Shown: positions 57,458 through 64,000 of the stretch, piece by piece | How the letters are laid out: every line of letters begins with the position of its first letter | Numbering within the stretch: the stretch's first letter is position 1 | From: Minisyncoccota bacterium | GTDB taxonomy: Bacteria; Patescibacteriota; Minisyncoccia; Phycocordibacterales; UBA2100 | Length of the DNA: 64,000 nt | Direction: 5' to 3' | Assembly: GCA_031291875.1 (NCBI GenBank) | Contig: JARLIE010000112.1 | Coordinates: 114-64,113, forward strand | Notes under the pieces: model-generated | What the model saw: only the letters and a program-made list of their open reading frames with translations | What the model was told of the DNA's origin: nothing | Database searches by the model: none | Made by a program: the position numbers and the translations under genes

Positions 57458-60400
57458 TTACGGAGTTGTTGAGGTCGCACTGGTGCTTGTTGAGCTTGAG
57501 GTAGATGTTGAAGCTGTAGTCACTGGAGTGCTGGTGCTCGTTGAAGATGGCGTCGAGGTACTGCTTGAACTGGTCGAGGTCGCGCTCGTCGAAGTGCTCG
57601 TGGAACTCGTCGAGGTCGCAGCGTTCGGATCGACAACGTTCACAATGCGGGTCGCCGTGCCAGTGAGGCCGTTTTGGTCGGTCGCACTATAGACGATGGT
57701 GTGTTGGCCCGCGACCGAGGTGTCGATCGTGATTTGCGACATCGGAGTCGAGGTGGCGCCATCTACCGATGCAGTGATGCCGAGGTTCAAGTCCCCCGTC
57801 GGACCGGTGATCGTTGCGCCAAGGTCGTTGTACGTTGCACCAACATTCACGCTCGCGGGATTGTTGCCGTTCACCTGCAAGACCGGCGAAGTCGAGACAC
57901 TCGAGCTCGTGCTGCTCGAGGTCGACGAACTTGTGGTCGAACCAGTGGAGCTGCCGCTACCTGCGCCCGAGAGCAGCTGATCGAGCTGCGCCTTGGTTAC
58001 GCACGTCTGTGCGCCGGTCGAGTCGGAGATGCAGAGCTTCTGGGTGTCGACCTCGTTGGCATGGACAACCTTGGCGTAGAAGTCCTGGATCGTGTTGCCC
58101 GCATCCGCAAACCAGCTTGCGAGCGCCGATTTGACCGCCGAGAGGAAGCCTTGATCGAGAACCGGCGTCGTGCTCGTCGAGGAGGTCGCGGAGAACGAGT
58201 ACGGGAAGGCGGTAATGCAAGAGCCGTTGAGACAGAGCTTCGCGTTGGTCGTCGTCGCGGCCGTCGAGGTGCCGATGCCGAGGTCGCCGAACTGATCGAT
58301 GACGACGGCTGGCGTCGAAGTCCCCTCGTAGATCGAGATAATGCTCGGCATGGTCGTCGAGGCGTACGTCGCGTTGAAGACACTATTGATGTCTTGGATC
58401 GACTTCGTGAGGTACGGCGTGAAGCCGGCGTAGTTGAGGAGCAAGGTTCCGTTGTCGGACGACGTGACGAGATCCGGCAAGACCTGCTGTACCTGCTGCG
58501 CGATGAAACCGGAGTGCTGCGGCGTGCCGGTCGTTTCTGATTTCCAGTTGTAGTAGACCGGGTTGAGTTCCAAAATGTCGGTGAGCGCGGAAGAGGTCGA
58601 GATCGAATTGATGTTCTTCTTGAGCGTGATGTCGGAAGAACAGTTCACGCTGCCAGCAGTCGGATTGATCGTACATTCGCCGTTGGCGTTCTCGAATCCG
58701 GCGACGACACCGGAGACATTCGAGCTTCCGACTGTGAGAAGGTACGGCGCCGAGCTCGTGCCGATGCTCAAGCTGTTATTGAAGCTTCCAACGCCGTTGG
58801 AGTTGATTGAGAAGGCTGAGACGGACGAGGTTGCGGAGAAGGTCGAAGTTGCAACGTAGAGGTTGTTGCCGACAGAGCGGAAGGTCCAGGCGTTATCGGC
58901 GGCCGAGCCGTCGGCGAGCGCAAGTTGCGGGCCAGTGCTAGAAGCGATTTCAAGCGAGACTGAAGGAGTAGACGTACCGATGCCAACGTATGCGTTGGTG
59001 CTGCTACCAATCGAGTAGAGCGTGAGCGCCGTGCCGTAGGCCCCGGTCGTGCTGTTGTAAGCATTGAAGTTGAGGTTGGTGTTCAAGGTGGTCCCGACCG
59101 GAATCATTTCAATGTTCCAGTTGGTAGTAGTCGAGATGCTGCCGGTCCATGCGTTGCCGGAGAAACGCAAGCGCGGGGAGATTTGAACTGGTGCGCCAGC
59201 AGTCGCACCGGTGTTGTTCTGTAAAATCAAACCATCACTTGAGGTCGTGACAATGTTTGCGCGCGTAAGTGTTTCAATGTTGTTAACTGCAAGTGTTGAG
59301 TTGGCGGTAAACGCACCGAGCGCCAAAACAGGCGTGCCGAAGTGGGTAGTTGAAGTAAGACCAGTCGTTTGTCCGGTGGTCTGAGCAGTGGAATACGGCA
59401 TCGCATAGCCACCTGGGTTCAATTGCGCGCCCCAGGCGACGATCGTTTGCTTGTCGTTGCCGATCGTGACTAACGCTTTGGTATCAGAGCTCGAAGGGTT
59501 GTTTTGAATAACATCGAATCGTCTCCATTGCGACGTAATCGTCACAACATTGGCGGTACCGGTCGTGGTCGCCGTGCCAGTGCCCCAATCGACTTCAAGC
59601 GAAGTAGTTGCGGTGCCGCTCGCCGCGCGCAAGTAGACACTGAATGTCCAGCTGCCTGTAGTGCCGGCCGCGTTTACGAATTGGACAAGCTTTGATCCGC
59701 TTGCGGTGCCGGCGAGCTGCTGCGCCGTCGCCCCGCCACGAGGGTCGGTTTGCGAAGCAGTGATCGTTTCACTCGTTGCCGTCCACGTCGGACTAGAGTT
59801 GAAGGTTTCGGTTTGGAGCAGGTAGTTTTGGTACAGACCGACGTTTAGGAACGGACTGTCGATGTTGTAGAGCTCGGCGACGCTCGTGGTGCCGTTGAGT
59901 GCATCGATCGGCGCGATTGGGTCGGTGCGACCAAAACCGACATTACCTGCTTGCGAGATATGGAAGACGGAACCGCCGGAAGAGCTGGCCACATCGAGAA
60001 GCTGCGTTGCGGTCGAGAGACCCTGGATCGCGAACGAGGCCGCGTCCGTACTGGTGCCGACGGAGACGACGCCGTTTTGGTTGACCCCTCCGACAAAGAA
60101 CGAAGGTGTCGAACTGCCGGTGTTGGAAACAATGAATGCGGTCGGCAAGTTACCAATTTCTACGGCAAGTTTTGCGTACGAGGTAGTGGTGCCAATGCCA
60201 ACCAGGCCGACCGAAGAGTTTGTCGTCGAAATATTGAAGATCGGAATATTCGAGCTTGAGGTCGCGATTGAGAAAGCGTTTTTGGAGTTGTTCGGGACGA
60301 TAATGTCTGACGACGTTCCGAAGGTAAACGTGCCGTTGTCCTGGATAGTAAAGAGTGGGTTGTTGGAGGCGTCGGCTGCGGCAAAAGCATAGCCGGTGCC

Positions 60401-63400
60401 CAACGTGTCGGGGCCGCTGACCGAGAGCTTGGCCCACGGGCTTGTGGTGCCGACACCGATCGTTCCGGCGTTGGAAACAAAGAGTGTCGAGGTGCCGCTA
60501 ACGATTGCGCCGTTTGCCGCGTAGAACGCGAATTGTCCTTGCGTACCCGCGTTCACGCTCGGCGCGCCGCCGCCGGAAATACAGACGCCGTTATACGCAT
60601 AACAGCCGCTCGTGATATTGATGCCGCCGGTCGTCGAGAAGGTCGAGGTTGCGGTCGAGAAGTTGATGCCGTTGGTGTTGCCGATCGAGAAGAGTGAACC
60701 CGGGGTCGTCGTGCCGATACCGATGCTACCGGTTGAAAGGAAGCTGCCGCTGCCATTGAGACCAGTACCGTAAATAATATTACCGATATCGAGCTGGTTG
60801 GAGGCGGTCGTAGATGCAGCAGTAAGGCTGTTGCCGATCAAAATATTGTTAGTGCCGGTGGTGATACTGGGGTCGCTAAAATCATTTGAACCAAGGACGA
60901 TGTTGTGATTGCCGGTTGTAATCGTGCTTCCCGCAGCATTACCGATCAAGATGTTGTAATCTGAACCAGTCTGAGCATCAATGCCTGCATTGACGCCGAT
61001 GTATACGCCGCCCTGGTTGGAATAATTACCGGTGCCCGCGCCAGCACCGGCACCGATTGCGACCGTATTGGTCGCGGATTGATTATAGAAGAGTGCCGAA
61101 CTGCCGACTGCGACATTGGAATTGCCCGTAGTGTTGTTGGACAATGCACTGTTGCCGAGAGCGGCGTTGTTACCACCAGTGGTATTGAAATACATCGAAG
61201 ACACGCCGATCGCTTCGTTATTGGAACCCGTCGTGTTGTTGAACAATGAATATGCCCCGAAGATTGAGTTGCTACTGCCAGTCGTGTTATTGAATCCTGA
61301 TTGGAGACCGAAGAACGAGTTGGTATTTCCGATAGTGTCGTTATATCCCGATTCATAGCCAACGGTCGTGTTGTTGCTACCAGCTTCATCGTTAACATGA
61401 AGGAGTGACAAGAAACCGATTGCAGTGTTTCCCGTCGAAGAGGTGGCACTCTGGAGCGCGCCGTATCCAAAGAGTGTGTTCCCGGTTTGCGTTGTTGTGG
61501 CGAGTAGGCTTTGGCCGGCCGTGAGCCCAGCGATCGTTATACCGTTCGTGCTCGACGCGGTGAGGAGTGTAGTCCCATTCAATTGGTAGGTTCCGTTTGA
61601 TTGCACGTTGACCGTATTGAAGGCACCGGCACCGGCGTCGGTGAAGCTGCCGACGACCGTCGACGACGCTTGCGAAACGAAGCCTTGGCCGAACGTTTGG
61701 AGCGCGCTCCAGTTGGTCGCGATGGCGTTGAGACAATTTCCGCCAATTGCATAGCAGCCGTTTGCGAGGTTGAATCCGCCGCTCGTGTAGAACGTCGAGG
61801 TTGCCGTCGTGAAGTTGGCGACGTTATTGATCGCGAAGATAGAGCCAGGAGTCGTCGTGCCGATACCAATGTTGCCTGTTGAAAGAATGTTACCAACGCC
61901 TGTATTACCGGTGCCGAAGAGTATATTTTGGATATTGAGCTGACCGTTCGCCGTCGCTGATGGGAGTGCCAAGTTGGAGCCGATCAAAATGTTCTGTGAA
62001 CCGGTCGTAAGGTTGTTGATACCCGGCGTTGATGTTGCTGTGCCAATGATGACGTTGTTACTGCCGGAGGTGATACCGAAGCCCGCTTGGTAGCCGAGCA
62101 GTGTATTGAAGTCGGAACCGTTTCCGAATGAGAGGCCCGCCTGATACCCAACGACCGTGCCACCTTGGTTCGAGAATTGAGAAATGCCGGAAGCTGCGCC
62201 GAAACCGATTGCCACCGTATTCGTCGCGGAAACGTTGCTGTAGCCGGCGCTCAGACCGATACCGACGTTTTGGCTTCCGGTAGTGTTGAGCATGAATGTT
62301 TGCGAGCCGACACCAAGGTTATTACTACCAGTCGTGTTGTTGTAAAACGCATTCGTGCCGAAAGCAGAGTTATTGGAACCTTGATTGTATTTCAACGAAC
62401 CATCGCCCAAAGATGTGTTCGACGTAGTCCATGAACCGCCCAATGATTGAGAATCAGTTCCGATCGCAACATTGTAGGTACCAGTCGCGTTGTCGAGGAG
62501 CGCGTTACTACCGGCTGCAATGTTATATGAACCGGTCGTGTTGTTGATAAGCGCGAGCGAGCCAAGCGCAGTATTCTCGATGCCGCTCGTGTTCAGATTG
62601 AGCGCCCAAGCGCCGAGCGCGGTGTTGTGATCACCGGAAGAGTCGGCAGCAATTGCACCGAAACCAACCGCCGTGTTGTAACCAGTATGAAAGACGGTCG
62701 AACTGCCTTGCAATGCGGCAGTACCAACCGCGGTGTCATACAGGGATGTTGTCGCATATTGGAGTGCGTTGTAACCGATAGCAGTGGCAAAGTTGATAGC
62801 CGAGGTCAGATTTTGTCCTGCATTCAACCCGACCTCTGTTGAACCATTGGTCGTTGACGCATTGAGCAACAAGCTGCCGCCAAGCTGGTAGCCGCCGGTC
62901 GTCGGCGATGTGTTGATGAAGCCAGTCGTCGTGAGATTGCCGCCGATCGTCGCCGCACCGGAAGTCTGCAGGGTTCCGGCTGCGGTGTTGAGAACGCCGA
63001 GACCCAAACCTCCCGTAAAGTAGCCGTTGCCGATAACCGAAAGATTCGTTACCGGAGACGAGGTGCCAATACCGAGGTTGCCTGCGGCGGTAAGGCGCAT
63101 GCGCTCAAGCGTGCTGTCTGTGGTGCCCGGAAGACCGCTGAGTGTGTAGAACGCGAGATCGGTATTTTGCGCGCGCCAGTAGTTGCCCGCGCCGCCACCT
63201 GCGTTGATCGCCAAGTTGACTGCGGCGATCTTCGCGCCGATCGTGTCGTTTTGCACGTCGCGGTAGCTGGAGAAAACTATTTGATCGATTGACGAGGTCG
63301 CATTGAGTGCAACGTTGGTCGGGCCAGGGTTGATTCCACCGATACGAAGCGAAGTGGTCGTCGCGGACGAGTTGTTGTCGAGCGTCGCGAGCTCGAATGG

Positions 63401-64000
63401 ATTACGCGGGTTGGTCGTCCCGAGGCCAAAGAAGCCGCTGCCTTGCTGGAGCACGAGCTGCGAGTTGCCGATAGTGAAGCCTTGTCCCGCGGCGATGGTT
63501 GAGGTTCCGCTTGTACCGGCCAAAGCGATTGTGCCTGCCGTTGTATTGAGAGCGCCAACACCGAGACCACCGGTCGCGTACGCATTACCAGCGACAGAAA
63601 GGTTTGTCGCAGGCGAGGTCGTACCGATGCCGAGGTTACCGTTAGCGTCGAGACGCATGTACTCGCTTTGGTTTTTTCCGAACGTGATTACATCCGAGCT
63701 CTGATTACCAAACTGGATGTACCCCATGTCGGTGTTGTCGACACGACGCTGGATGCGCCATGAAGTCGTCGTCCAGTCGGTGCCGCCGGCACTCGAGCGG
63801 ATCGCGGAGGTAAAGAGGCTATCCACATTGGCGTCTGTAACCATAAGACGAGAAAGCGTCGTTGTGGAATAGGCGGTAGTCGGAAGCGCACCACCACTTA
63901 CGAGGAACTTCGAACTCGGCGATCCGCTTTCGGAAGAAAGACCTACGAGAACCGAGCCGCCGTTCGTCGCGAGTGTGACGCCGTTTGCAAACGTTGAGGT
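57458..64000 (-). CDS. Giant tail-fibre/adhesin-like protein, over 2100 aa (5' end outside window)
   Basis: Frame is open to the window edge. Contains YadA-like NTAxG repeats, GIGTTxP motifs, a CBM-like domain, a peptidase S74 chaperone (SSD...GFIAQ) and a DUF5011 Ig domain. Confidence 0.85.
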   Translation of the reverse strand, partial: TSTFANGVTLATNGGSVLVGLSSESGSPSSKFLVSGGALPTTAYSTTTLSRLMVTDANVDSLFTSAIRSSAGGTDWTTTSWRIQRRVDNTDMGYIQFGNQSSDVITFGKNQSEYMRLDANGNLGIGTTSPATNLSVAGNAYATGGLGVGALNTTAGTIALAGTSGTSTIAAGQGFTIGNSQLVLQQGSGFFGLGTTNPRNPFELATLDNNSSATTTSLRIGGINPGPTNVALNATSSIDQIVFSSYRDVQNDTIGAKIAAVNLAINAGGGAGNYWRAQNTDLAFYTLSGLPGTTDSTLERMRLTAAGNLGIGTSSPVTNLSVIGNGYFTGGLGLGVLNTAAGTLQTSGAATIGGNLTTTGFINTSPTTGGYQLGGSLLLNASTTNGSTEVGLNAGQNLTSAINFATAIGYNALQYATTSLYDTAVGTAALQGSSTVFHTGYNTAVGFGAIAADSSGDHNTALGAWALNLNTSGIENTALGSLALINNTTGSYNIAAGSNALLDNATGTYNVAIGTDSQSLGGSWTTSNTSLGDGSLKYNQGSNNSAFGTNAFYNNTTGSNNLGVGSQTFMLNTTGSQNVGIGLSAGYSNVSATNTVAIGFGAASGISQFSNQGGTVVGYQAGLSFGNGSDFNTLLGYQAGFGITSGSNNVIIGTATSTPGINNLTTGSQNILIGSNLALPSATANGQLNIQNILFGTGNTGVGNILSTGNIGIGTTTPGSIFAINNVANFTTATSTFYTSGGFNLANGCYAIGGNCLNAIATNWSALQTFGQGFVSQASSTVVGSFTDAGAGAFNTVNVQSNGTYQLNGTTLLTASSTNGITIAGLTAGQSLLATTTQTGNTLFGYGALQSATSSTGNTAIGFLSLLHVNDEAGSNNTTVGYESGYNDTIGNTNSFFGLQSGFNNTTGSSNSIFGAYSLFNNTTGSNNEAIGVSSMYFNTTGGNNAALGNSALSNNTTGNSNVAVGSSALFYNQSATNTVAIGAGAGAGTGNYSNQGGVYIGVNAGIDAQTGSDYNILIGNAAGSTITTGNHNIVLGSNDFSDPSITTGTNNILIGNSLTAASTTASNQLDIGNIIYGTGLNGSGSFLSTGSIGIGTTTPGSLFSIGNTNGINFSTATSTFSTTGGINITSGCYAYNGVCISGGGAPSVNAGTQGQFAFYAANGAIVSGTSTLFVSNAGTIGVGTTSPWAKLSVSGPDTLGTGYAFAAADASNNPLFTIQDNGTFTFGTSSDIIVPNNSKNAFSIATSSSNIPIFNISTTNSSVGLVGIGTTTSYAKLAVEIGNLPTAFIVSNTGSSTPSFFVGGVNQNGVVSVGTSTDAASFAIQGLSTATQLLDVASSSGGSVFHISQAGNVGFGRTDPIAPIDALNGTTSVAELYNIDSPFLNVGLYQNYLLQTETFNSSPTWTATSETITASQTDPRGGATAQQLAGTASGSKLVQFVNAAGTTGSWTFSVYLRAASGTATTSLEVDWGTGTATTTGTANVVTITSQWRRFDVIQNNPSSSDTKALVTIGNDKQTIVAWGAQLNPGGYAMPYSTAQTTGQTTGLTSTTHFGTPVLALGAFTANSTLAVNNIETLTRANIVTTSSDGLILQNNTGATAGAPVQISPRLRFSGNAWTGSISTTTNWNIEMIPVGTTLNTNLNFNAYNSTTGAYGTALTLYSIGSSTNAYVGIGTSTPSVSLEIASSTGPQLALADGSAADNAWTFRSVGNNLYVATSTFSATSSVSAFSINSNGVGSFNNSLSIGTSSAPYLLTVGSSNVSGVVAGFENANGECTINPTAGSVNCSSDITLKKNINSISTSSALTDILELNPVYYNWKSETTGTPQHSGFIAQQVQQVLPDLVTSSDNGTLLLNYAGFTPYLTKSIQDINSVFNATYASTTMPSIISIYEGTSTPAVVIDQFGDLGIGTSTAATTTNAKLCLNGSCITAFPYSFSATSSTSTTPVLDQGFLSAVKSALASWFADAGNTIQDFYAKVVHANEVDTQKLCISDSTGAQTCVTKAQLDQLLSGAGSGSSTGSTTSSSTSSSTSSSVSTSPVLQVNGNNPASVNVGATYNDLGATITGPTGDLNLGITASVDGATSTPMSQITIDTSVAGQHTIVYSATDQNGLTGTATRIVNVVDPNAATSTSSTSTSTSATSTSSSSTSTPSSTSTSTPVTTASTSTSSSTSTSATSTTP

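Noticed and set aside
57458-64000. Prophage
   Set aside because: Only fibre-like domains; no terminase, capsid or integrase in the window.
1-64000. UGA recoding, inteins or introns in core genes
   Set aside because: TGA acts as a stop (valS, prfA, rpiB), and dnaE, gyrB, rpoB and rpoC are uninterrupted and of expected length.

Overview
64 kb of a streamlined bacterial chromosome (genetic code 11). Gene content and the shortened enzymes suggest Patescibacteria/CPR (Parcubacteria, Kaiserbacteria-like; inference). Core genes: valS end, prsW, hsp20, rpoD, dnaG, rpoC, rpoB, trmD, khpA, rpsP, smc, rnc, nusB-Nudix, rpmF, rnhB, dnaE, thrS, gyrB, pheT, pheS, tRNA-Thr, tsf, rpsB, prfA, rpmE2, rplY, fba, pfkB, split transketolase, rpe, rpiB and gap. 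A surface-protein island with a sortase lies between thrS and gyrB, and a giant tail-fibre-like adhesin runs off the right edge. No CRISPR array, integrase or transposase was seen. Strongest signals: (1) a two-class gene architecture, in which core genes lack Shine-Dalgarno (SD) sites and are often leaderless while 16 interspersed accessory genes, mostly orphans, all carry SD sites; (2) a sortase, a hexapeptide beta-helix protein and an IPYTG repeat protein enclosing a block of secreted orphans, two of which share a Cys module; (3) two long post-stop hairpins with a shared motif; (4) tandem inverted copies of the tRNA-Thr 3' end in its trailer. All calls are by eye; no searches were run.
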